Below are positions 50,301-57,313 of a stretch of DNA of 64,000 bases, in pieces (the stretch's first letter is position 1; every line of letters begins with the position of its first letter). A model generated the notes under the pieces. The model was not told where the DNA came from, did no database searches, and saw only the letters and a list, made by a program, of their open reading frames with translations. Source of the DNA: an uncultured Clostridia bacterium (lineage in GTDB: Bacteria; Bacillota; Clostridia; Christensenellales; UBA1242); assembly GCA_947627545.1 (NCBI GenBank), contig CANQWK010000007.1, forward strand, positions 668-64,667, given 5' to 3'. The translations under genes and the position numbers were made by a program.

Positions 50301-50363
50301 GCACAACAAAATCAAACAGACGCTTTAAAATATGACGGCATACAACATTTCTCCGCATTTTAA
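47319..50363 (+). CDS. Secreted or anchored 1014-aa protein with Ig-like (Big_2-type) segments and a C-terminal right-handed beta-helix-like domain
   Basis: SD aggagg; N-terminal signal/anchor; AKLTAISNDGGYTDSITVII and GAGEVVVSVAW Big_2-like strands; NGHFINAENF...LYNVKLLGCND...INCRIQNGRNVIRVYGG pectate-lyase-fold-like turns. Confidence 0.65.
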   Translation: MRKNVIALMLILPILLVFVLFSSGQVASLGVVISANGIEILQKFENDTLYLDLAKYKNDFSINAQVKPQNASNKKYTFSVGQIEGSDFADVSVKDGQIIANSPGMAKLTAISNDGGYTDSITVIIGSSKPVDVEFTLISQTGEQQNLLQSSNGLDGTINSGKYSYISKVIPNGFENAQLEVEEGFAIINENEKTILFPFSGEVKLKLTLEEALNGKLEKIIDLNVQKQQTSSNFTINGAGATVIGLEIQQTSASFYIEAAEKPEIVLSEDLVNAEIETIKENCYLAKINFNANHNSSRVNVNIVVGEEQEEIIFSFMPFDFIVKNELPVFDYDNVAITKGKPVKFYASPIVEKPGVTYKWWVNEEKQNTVNLVINEQTNICSLTANELGNFKLYVQAFYNNVEMDVFIVEININVVEQFNNVQITNKTDVGLAARTVVAGLKADDNGSISANNYEIKILAYNQGETSNDLSSFEIKVNNPSLAEINVENNAVYLTPKGAGEVVVSVAWLGNDSYNTNVKTMLTIGVDASAVEVSTSKQLFAQTKAGKAVVLAVDIMLDAENNNYEAMLGTMQSTYNTDYYKQLGIIDQAKVKFVMEFKNNVYGNGHFINAENFTNRQDASGKPLLYKGPLCFVKAGELASVAGQDNIAFLMRTNGVTLYNVKLLGCNDESLIDANGYNLSKLDNVGTTLDINASVNVINCRIQNGRNVIRVYGGNKQGDNYFVDSLNQLSTCENERINVNIKGCRISQGREFLLKIGANKALRATNEAEPDLLNENGEPYSNQTNNYLNDEYFYNHYVLTDVNLQDSVLETSGLFSVGIESNFAGMFLYNENFGDFTKGWNGTGGTSFASVLHLIGDVRLYDWKELKNVDSSTLIQSDSANPLLKLDIAQMLNCVRQQDMANFGDILLEVKENENKVYVHGGIAFYGGGKNLAQLDMSLLKENLKDLKQYNVNISVLKNAEDTNLQNQGNILPLAAGQQDFRFFLYSANSGNSLAQQNQTDALKYDGIQHFSAF

Positions 50364-50480
50364 AATAGTTGTTAAAAATTTAATTGTTTCAAAAAAAGTT
50401 GCGTAAAAATTAAAAAAAATTGAAAAATTAGGCAAATTTTACAAAATTTTTAAAAAAATTTATAAATTTAATTAAAATAT

Positions 50481-50509
50481 TTGACAAACTAACAAAAATA
50501 ATGTATTAT
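50481..50509 (+). promoter_or_regulatory. Near-consensus promoter driving the SAM riboswitch
   Basis: TTGACA (50481-50486), 17-nt spacer, TATTAT (50504-50509). Confidence 0.7.
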
Positions 50510-50515
50510 TCAACA

Positions 50516-50648
50516 TATCCATGAAGAGTGGCGGAGGGACAGACCCTATGAAACCACAGCAACCTGCGTTAGTAAGGTGCTAATGTCTGAACGATGGGGT
50601 TTGAATTGTCGATAAAAAATCTCATCGTAACGATGGGATTTTTCTTTT
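50516..50648 (+). promoter_or_regulatory. SAM-I (S-box) riboswitch with terminator/antiterminator expression platform
   Basis: Core AAGAG-UGGCGGAGGGAC-AGACCC-UAUGAAACC-ACAGCAACC...AAGGUGCUAA matches the S-box consensus. Candidate P1 is 50516-50523 with 50607-50614. The terminator is a 10-bp stem (50618-50627 / 50631-50640, loop UAA) plus UUUCUUUU. An alternative 10-bp antiterminator pairs 50592-50601 with 50618-50627. Confidence 0.8.
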
Positions 50649-50678
50649 CACTTTTCATGGAAATTAAAAGGAGTTTTT

Positions 50679-50978
50679 ATGAAAAGTTTAAATGAAATTA
50701 TTGGCAAAGACAGGCACGTTTGGTTTGACATATGGGAGGAAGATTTCAAAGCATTTCTACAATTTGCAAAGGACAATGGTTGTAGGTGGATGAATGGTGA
50801 TGAAATCCAAGTTAATAAAGACCATATCGGTCATCATATGGGCATCAATAAAGATAGGCAACTTGGCTTTGTTTCAATGTGGTGTTGGTTTGCTAAGGCA
50901 AAAAATGAGCCACGCAAAATTAACTTTAAATCATTGTTAGAATTTAGTGATGAGAAAAAAACATCAAGTGATTATTAA
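50679..50978 (+). CDS. Hypothetical Trp-rich 99-aa protein downstream of the SAM riboswitch
   Basis: SD aaaaggag 5 nt upstream of the ATG; 5 Trp in 99 aa (HVWFDIWEEDF, GCRWMNG, SMWCWFAK); no signal peptide; I recognised no motif. Confidence 0.6.
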   Translation: MKSLNEIIGKDRHVWFDIWEEDFKAFLQFAKDNGCRWMNGDEIQVNKDHIGHHMGINKDRQLGFVSMWCWFAKAKNEPRKINFKSLLEFSDEKKTSSDY

Positions 50979-51003
50979 GAACATAATTGTTAAAGCACTA
51001 TTG

Positions 51004-51032
51004 TTGACATTATTTGCGTGAAATGATATAAT
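51004..51032 (+). promoter_or_regulatory. Perfect consensus extended -10 promoter
   Basis: TTGACA (51004-51009), 17-nt spacer ending TGa, TATAAT (51027-51032). SD aaggag and the ATG at 51054 follow. Confidence 0.75.
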
Positions 51033-51053
51033 ATAAGCAAGGAGAAAATATTT

Positions 51054-52994
51054 ATGGTTATAAGAGGATTTGATGAAACTACAATGAGAAAATCGTTTGA
51101 ATGGTTTTTGCACGACAGTAGTTTATCTTTTGGCGAGCGCAGAACTTTCCAAACAAGGAATGTTCAACATTCAGGAAAGGGTAGCAATGCGAATTTAAAT
51201 GATGAGCAGATGGAAGAAAGCGAAATAGAATTCAAAAATTCTATGGCACTTTTATACTTAAAAACTTTTTATGGCAAAAAGCCAGCCGATTTTAAAACAG
51301 AAGCATATAAAAAAGAATGCGAGAGATTCCGTTCGGTTATTGAATCTAGTCCAAATCCAAGCAGTTTAAATGCAAAAATAGAAAAATGCTTAAGAGATGG
51401 TCATGTTAATTATAATTCAGGAGAATTGCCAAGAAGTGTTTTTTACGAAAGATTAAGCGAAATAGGACTTTCAACAGATGATACAGCTCATAAAATATTT
51501 ATTTCACCAGAGTTTATTACACAGGCAAGAATTTACATCAATCCTTCTCGAAAAGACTATGCTCATTTAATGACTTTTTTATATGAGCGCGCCGCTAGCC
51601 AAGAATTGGCAATTGGAACAAAAACAAGAATGAGTTCAATTGGTGAAAGCAGTCTAGACAATATGATTATCTATACAACGGCCAAAGATTTTCCTAAAAT
51701 TGTTGAAATTTTAAATGAATATGGAAGAATATATCCGGACAAAGTGGCTCAGTTTGGCGATACAATTGAATGTCTTGGCAGAAGTGAACAAGATTGGTTT
51801 GGCTTTGGTTACGACATTCAAAGAGATATTAACGAAGTGTCAACTAGAGGAACATTTAACAACGCTATAGACGATTTGTTTAATAGTTATATTCTTCCAG
51901 CAATAATGTTCGATGATTTCGGCGAAATTACAAGGGAAATGGGAGAGGTTGAATTGACCGAAATTTTCAAGAAAATGTGTAAAGATGAAGATTTAGCGAA
52001 AGAAATTGCCTTGTCTTTGCAAGACCCAATACTTAGAAGAAAGTTTATAAATAATTTTTGCGATTTGACATATTTAAAAGAAAAATCTAATGGCTTTACA
52101 AGAGAAAACGCAAAATTATCTGAGGCGGAAAGAAAGGGTTGTTCACCTGAACAATTAAGATTTAGGGTCGATAATATAAGTGGTTCCGGTCAACCTAATG
52201 ATTTTATTATTTTGAGAAAAGAAAAAATTACCATTCCTTTAAGAGACGGCCGCTCTGTGGTATTTTCGAGGGCTGATATAGCGCAAATAATGAAGAGTAA
52301 TATATTGCGCACCGCTATGGAAAAATTTTATGACACAGAGGCGAAAGTGACTAGGGAAGTATCTCAAATGCTTTGGCTTTGGAAATATTCAGGGAAAAAT
52401 ATGCCTTATCTTAATGATACTTATCCATTTTTAAACAATGATATGGTTAGAGGTATTGAAGAATATGAGGCTTTGGAAACAATGTCAAAATCTGCAACCT
52501 CCAAGACCTCAACGAAAGAATTACCTGAATATGAAAAACAGCCAGAAAGACAGACGATTAAGGAAGGCATAGAAGAAAAACATAAGAGACAAGAGGAAAT
52601 AATCAAAGTCCTTTGCAGTGAAAATTTTCAGATTGCTTCTAAACTATTTAAGATGGGAGTAGCTCCTGAAGAAATGTACAGCTTATCACAAGCCAATATG
52701 GAAGAATTGTTCATTTCAAAAGTTGGTCTTGATAATGTTATTGAAGCAGCTAGTTATGTTAAATCAATAGAAACTGATAAAAACAAATTAAATCATAGAT
52801 ATGAAAACACCTTGCAAGCATTGAGATACAAAAGAGGAAAAGCTTTATGTGAAAAAATTAGGAATTTGCCATCAAAAAAAGAAAGAACTAGCTACGCATT
52901 AACACTATCTCAATATGCAAGAGAAGATGTTATAAAAGCATATCAAATGGAAAAGTGTATAGCGAAAATGGACGAATTTATAAGAAATTTATGA
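51054..52994 (+). CDS. Hypothetical cytoplasmic 646-aa protein
   Basis: Strong promoter and SD; no TM or signal peptide; conserved-looking core (ARIYINPSRKDYAHLMTFLYERAA...GTKTRMSS...LDNMIIYTT) and a K/E-rich helical C-terminal third. I cannot assign a family from the sequence alone. Confidence 0.65.
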   Translation: MVIRGFDETTMRKSFEWFLHDSSLSFGERRTFQTRNVQHSGKGSNANLNDEQMEESEIEFKNSMALLYLKTFYGKKPADFKTEAYKKECERFRSVIESSPNPSSLNAKIEKCLRDGHVNYNSGELPRSVFYERLSEIGLSTDDTAHKIFISPEFITQARIYINPSRKDYAHLMTFLYERAASQELAIGTKTRMSSIGESSLDNMIIYTTAKDFPKIVEILNEYGRIYPDKVAQFGDTIECLGRSEQDWFGFGYDIQRDINEVSTRGTFNNAIDDLFNSYILPAIMFDDFGEITREMGEVELTEIFKKMCKDEDLAKEIALSLQDPILRRKFINNFCDLTYLKEKSNGFTRENAKLSEAERKGCSPEQLRFRVDNISGSGQPNDFIILRKEKITIPLRDGRSVVFSRADIAQIMKSNILRTAMEKFYDTEAKVTREVSQMLWLWKYSGKNMPYLNDTYPFLNNDMVRGIEEYEALETMSKSATSKTSTKELPEYEKQPERQTIKEGIEEKHKRQEEIIKVLCSENFQIASKLFKMGVAPEEMYSLSQANMEELFISKVGLDNVIEAASYVKSIETDKNKLNHRYENTLQALRYKRGKALCEKIRNLPSKKERTSYALTLSQYAREDVIKAYQMEKCIAKMDEFIRNL

Positions 52995-53184
52995 TTATAA
53001 AAACATTAAATCATTTTAATGTAGATTATATAATCGTTTATTATGAGTGTTGGCAAATGCTTTAAATACTATTTGCTGGGCGAATAAAAACAATTATTAT
53101 AAAATTAGAACATTTGAACATTAAATAGGAATATGTAATATTATATTGGAATTCTAACTTAATAGTTAAAATTAAAAAAATTAC

Positions 53185-53214
53185 TTGACTTGAATTGTGG
53201 GAATGCTGTATAAT
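53185..53214 (+). promoter_or_regulatory. Promoter of the lipoprotein/ABC-2 operon
   Basis: TTGACT (53185-53190), 18-nt spacer, TATAAT (53209-53214). Confidence 0.5.
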
Positions 53215-53246
53215 TAAATTAATAAAATCGTGTGGGGAGAATTGGT

Positions 53247-56200
53247 ATGAAAAATAAATTTTTTAAAACACTTTTAGTTGCAGGCGTTGTGATTGGAGCA
53301 AGTGTTACGTTGGTAGGCTGCGGAGCGAATAAAAAGAATAATCCACAACCTACATATGAAATTTGCAATTTTGACACTGAGTTCGAATGTAACGAAACTT
53401 TTTCCATGGTGGGTGCAAAACTTAAAATAACCATGCCAGACGGAACGGAAAAAGAAATTGAAATTACAGATGAAATGATTAAAGAAATGCCAGATATGAC
53501 CACTCCAGGAACAAAAAAGGTCATTATTGTGTATGAAGGCGTTGAATATGAAGTAACAATAACAGTGTCTGCTATTGAAAATAGAGCTGAAGAAGCACTT
53601 GGCAAAATAGAATCCTTCTTAGCAGATATGAATACCAAGGACATTAAGAAGTCAAGTTTAAAAATAACCTTAAACGGTGACGCATCATTTTTGCAAAATA
53701 ACGCCGAGTTTAATCAGGAACTTTTAAGCATTGTAACCGAAGCTAGTCAATTAGACCTTAATAATTTTGATGTTTATCAGTCAACTAACGGCACATGGGT
53801 ATGCTATAAAGCGTTTGAAACGGCTGAGGAGATGTTTGCATGCGAGCAAGAAATATGCAAAATGTTTGCCTTTACCGATTTGCACATCGTATTTTTGCTA
53901 AATTGGAAAAACGCACCAGACTTGCAAACTGAACTAATTCCTGAGCAAAAAAATCTAGCATCTCAAATAGTAATTGATATGTCGCCATTTAATAAAGTAA
54001 GAGATTATCATAAAAGAATTGGGTGCGAAACATTTGAAGACTGCAAAGATTTATTACATTTGGTTGTAAATGATTGGCAAACTTTACAGCCACAAAACAA
54101 CAAAATTATTGCTAATTTGCTTGTTTCTAGCCTTATGTTGGTAAAAGACGAGGGCTTAACCACAGGCGTTTACATAAACACCGCAGTTGGCAGGCAAGTT
54201 TATACAAACATTATTAAACTTATCCTTAACGCTTCTGGCCAGCTAAAAAGTGAAAATATAACCGACCCAACAAATTTAAAAGCTAGTGTAGATTTAATTA
54301 AAACATTATCTCAAATAGATGCCAAAGCAACTGCACAACAATTTGTTAATTGGTTAGTTGGCAACATTTTGGTGCAAGATAGCCAAGTTTATGCCGAACT
54401 TGCCACCAACTACTTGGCAGAAATATTTAGCATTCCAACAGAAGACACTGCTCTTGATAATGCTGAGGGAGTGCTAAAAAATGGAATAGATAGTTTAAAA
54501 CAAAATTTTGACCTTAAAACTATTCATGACACAATTGTTGCATTAAACGAGGCATTGCAAGATGCCGAAGGAAATGAATTCTTCCTTGCACAATTAAACA
54601 ATTTAGTTAGTGGCTTAAAAGGCGACTATCAACACATGGCATCTAACATAGCATCTGCATTTAAGAATTTTGCTAGAATTGAAACAAGAGTGTTCCATGA
54701 AACATCAAACAAGAGCGAACTTCAAGACAACCCTGGTGCTGGTGTAAGAAGAGAGTTTGAACGCGAAGAGAACGGAAAATATTATTATTACGATGCAACT
54801 TCTGTTGCTGATGAAGAGAGACTTGTTAATAAATATTTTGATGCACTAACTGATATTATTAGAAGCATTGAAGATGCAATTATTCAAGCCAACGCTAATC
54901 AACAAACCAATGCTAGCCAACAAATCGATGTAAGGGAGTTTGCAAATAGTATTATTGAAAATTTGCGCAAAATGGATAGCGTTATTCAAGAAATGAAACC
55001 ACATGAAGCGGAAGAAGGCCCTAATAAATGGTGGAATGTTGCAGTAACAGATTTAGGCTTTACATTTATAAGAACCGCTGTTGAGCAATATAAACAAATG
55101 TATAACGAACAAATGTTTGACGCACTTTTTGAGGCTATGGGGCACATTTACCCAGCAGATTTTGCCTTAGATACAATGGTTGTTAAAGACGATGGCATGG
55201 AGCCTACAATTAAGAAAGGCCAACGTGTGTTTACAAAATATATTACACATCCTAATGACGGTGATATTAATGTAAATGATATTATTGTAAATGAATATGG
55301 AACATGCGCTAGAGTTATTGCTGTATTTACAGAAGGCGGAAAAATATATTATGTTACCCATGCTGATAATAAGCCTAATACAGACGGAAATACTTACCCT
55401 GAAGGGTATCAATGGGATATTAATAGATTAAATCAACAAAATCTTAGTGTGTCTTGGGTGTACAGCAATTGCCAAAATGTGGTACTTCGAGATAATAGCA
55501 GTGAAGTTTGTGTAGTAGATTTAAGCATATTCCTTCCTTTGCAATTGCCAGAACATCTTATTACAATGTTAACCAACTGCTCAAAGATAATATATGATGC
55601 CTTTAATGTAACCGAAGAACAAATTGACTATGTTCAGTTAATAGAAGACCTTTGCAAACAATTTAAGCTTAAAGCAAAAGACTATGTTGAAAAATATAAT
55701 AATGGTAGTTTGCATTTAATTAGAGATATTGCAGAAAAAACTATAATCAGCTATGAAGACAATTACGAAAATTATGCAGGCGAAGATAGGACAATGTTTG
55801 ACGCTTGCCTTGAAATGTGCGATTGGCTAGATGATGTTATTTTGAAAAAAGAACCATTTAATGTTACAACTTGCCTAGATAAAATCCACAACATTGCTAA
55901 TGAAATGTCAACTTATTTTGGCACACATGAAGAAGAAGCCAATGAAAGACTAAAAATGTTGTTGCCTTTGCTAACAATAATGACTGACACTTCTCAAGAT
56001 TGGCAAACAAACCTTAAAGCATACATTGACGTTAATAAACAAATGATAAGCGGACTTATTGCTCAACTATTCTGCCGCACAATTCCAGACCTTCCTGAAA
56101 ATGGTATGCAAGAATTCTCTAATTTGATTAACACGCACCTTGGCGTATATATTGAGGGTAATTTTAATGTTAAAGCACTAATTAATGATTTTACAACCTT

Positions 56201-56555
56201 TATAAACACTTATGCTAACGAATCTGGCAAAACAATTTATAAATCAGGGTTGGTTTTGGCTATAATTTTATCCAACATCAACAACCCAGATGTGAATTAC
56301 AGTGAATTATTTGAAGGAATAGAACTTCCTAACGAAATTGAAAATATAGGTTTTGATGTACTAATAAGGCAAACTTTACGAGATAAAGATGTTTATAAAA
56401 ATCTTATTGTTATTGAAAATGTTGAAATTCAATTTGTTGAGGATGCAAATGGCTCAATCAAAGAAATTATGACATTGACAATTAAATCAAATTACGACAT
56501 TTTAATTTCTTCAATGGATGCAACCACCACTCTAACATTTGAACTTGAATTTTAA
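53247..56555 (+). CDS. Giant lipoprotein (1102 aa) with an embedded catalytically inactive S26/S24 signal-peptidase-like domain
   Basis: Lipobox LVGC after MKNKFFKTLLVAGVVIGASVT (ATG at 53247, SD ggggag). The internal segment VVKDDGMEPTIKKGQRVF...NDIIVNEYGTCARVIAV parallels SPase I G-D-S-M-x-P-T...GDIVV...KRVIG, but has Gly for the Ser nucleophile (55194-55196) and Ala for the Lys general base (55308-55310). Confidence 0.7.
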   Translation: MKNKFFKTLLVAGVVIGASVTLVGCGANKKNNPQPTYEICNFDTEFECNETFSMVGAKLKITMPDGTEKEIEITDEMIKEMPDMTTPGTKKVIIVYEGVEYEVTITVSAIENRAEEALGKIESFLADMNTKDIKKSSLKITLNGDASFLQNNAEFNQELLSIVTEASQLDLNNFDVYQSTNGTWVCYKAFETAEEMFACEQEICKMFAFTDLHIVFLLNWKNAPDLQTELIPEQKNLASQIVIDMSPFNKVRDYHKRIGCETFEDCKDLLHLVVNDWQTLQPQNNKIIANLLVSSLMLVKDEGLTTGVYINTAVGRQVYTNIIKLILNASGQLKSENITDPTNLKASVDLIKTLSQIDAKATAQQFVNWLVGNILVQDSQVYAELATNYLAEIFSIPTEDTALDNAEGVLKNGIDSLKQNFDLKTIHDTIVALNEALQDAEGNEFFLAQLNNLVSGLKGDYQHMASNIASAFKNFARIETRVFHETSNKSELQDNPGAGVRREFEREENGKYYYYDATSVADEERLVNKYFDALTDIIRSIEDAIIQANANQQTNASQQIDVREFANSIIENLRKMDSVIQEMKPHEAEEGPNKWWNVAVTDLGFTFIRTAVEQYKQMYNEQMFDALFEAMGHIYPADFALDTMVVKDDGMEPTIKKGQRVFTKYITHPNDGDINVNDIIVNEYGTCARVIAVFTEGGKIYYVTHADNKPNTDGNTYPEGYQWDINRLNQQNLSVSWVYSNCQNVVLRDNSSEVCVVDLSIFLPLQLPEHLITMLTNCSKIIYDAFNVTEEQIDYVQLIEDLCKQFKLKAKDYVEKYNNGSLHLIRDIAEKTIISYEDNYENYAGEDRTMFDACLEMCDWLDDVILKKEPFNVTTCLDKIHNIANEMSTYFGTHEEEANERLKMLLPLLTIMTDTSQDWQTNLKAYIDVNKQMISGLIAQLFCRTIPDLPENGMQEFSNLINTHLGVYIEGNFNVKALINDFTTFINTYANESGKTIYKSGLVLAIILSNINNPDVNYSELFEGIELPNEIENIGFDVLIRQTLRDKDVYKNLIVIENVEIQFVEDANGSIKEIMTLTIKSNYDILISSMDATTTLTFELEF

Positions 56556-56558
56556 ATA

Positions 56559-56588
56559 AATATTCCACCACTTGTGTGGTGGAATATT
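56559..56588 (+). terminator. 13-bp perfect-stem hairpin between the lipoprotein gene and the ABC ATPase gene (attenuator or partial terminator)
   Basis: aatattccaccac (56559-56571), ttgt loop, gtggtggaatatt (56576-56588), then tt. It starts 4 nt after the TAA stop and ends 11 nt before the ATG at 56600. Confidence 0.6.
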
Positions 56589-56599
56589 TTGGATATGGT

Positions 56600-57313
56600 A
56601 TGATTGAAATAATTGATGTTAAAAAAAGTTATAAAGACAAAGAAGTTTTAAAAGGCGTCAGCTTTAATATCTTTGATGGGGAAATTAAGGGGATGATAGG
56701 CGTAAACGGCGCAGGTAAATCCACACTTATTGAAATTATTTGTGGCGTTAAAAAAATGGACAGCGGAAAAATTGTTATAAACGGAATAGACATTAAAAAC
56801 CGAGCGAAAAAGCGAGATATTCAAAACATAATTGGCTATATGCCGCAAACGTTTAGTTTGTTTAACGATTTAACAGTGTGCGAAAATTTGGAATATCTTT
56901 GCGCCGTGTACGGCCTAAGTAAAGCACGAGCGAATGAACTTATGGAAATGTGCCAAATTAAAGACCATGCCAAAACACTTGCTAGAAACTTGTCGGGTGG
57001 GTATAGGCAATTGCTGTCTATGGCTGGTGCAATTATACATTCGCCAAAATTTTTAATTTTGGACGAGCCTACCGCCTCTATGGACCCAATTTTTAGGCGC
57101 AAATTTTGGAAAATTGTGCATAAAATTAGGAGTAAAGATGTCAGCGTTTTGGTAATTACGCACTATATGGAAGAACTGGTTGAATGCGATAACTTCGTTT
57201 GCCTTTCAGGCGGAAATATCACTTTCAGCGGCAGTTTAAACGAATTTAAAGCAGACGGAAAATTAGACATTGAACAAATTCTTAATAAATATTCTGGAAA
57301 GATGAATGAATAA
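56600..57313 (+). CDS. ABC transporter ATP-binding protein (ABC-2 subfamily type)
   Basis: Walker A GVNGAGKST, signature LSGGYRQ, Walker B FLILDEPT. I prefer the ATG at 56600 (MIEIIDVKKSY), because the track's GTG at 56576 lies inside the hairpin. Confidence 0.88.
   Translation: MIEIIDVKKSYKDKEVLKGVSFNIFDGEIKGMIGVNGAGKSTLIEIICGVKKMDSGKIVINGIDIKNRAKKRDIQNIIGYMPQTFSLFNDLTVCENLEYLCAVYGLSKARANELMEMCQIKDHAKTLARNLSGGYRQLLSMAGAIIHSPKFLILDEPTASMDPIFRRKFWKIVHKIRSKDVSVLVITHYMEELVECDNFVCLSGGNITFSGSLNEFKADGKLDIEQILNKYSGKMNE

Noticed and set aside
50651-50665. Alternative riboswitch P1 partner UUCAUGGA (50654-50661), which can pair for 8 bp with UCCAUGAA (50518-50525) and lies next to the SD. This would suggest translational control.
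   Set aside because: It lies downstream of the complete terminator and would enclose the whole expression platform. The canonical position after P4 (50607-50614) fits the S-box architecture better. I noted it but did not adopt it.
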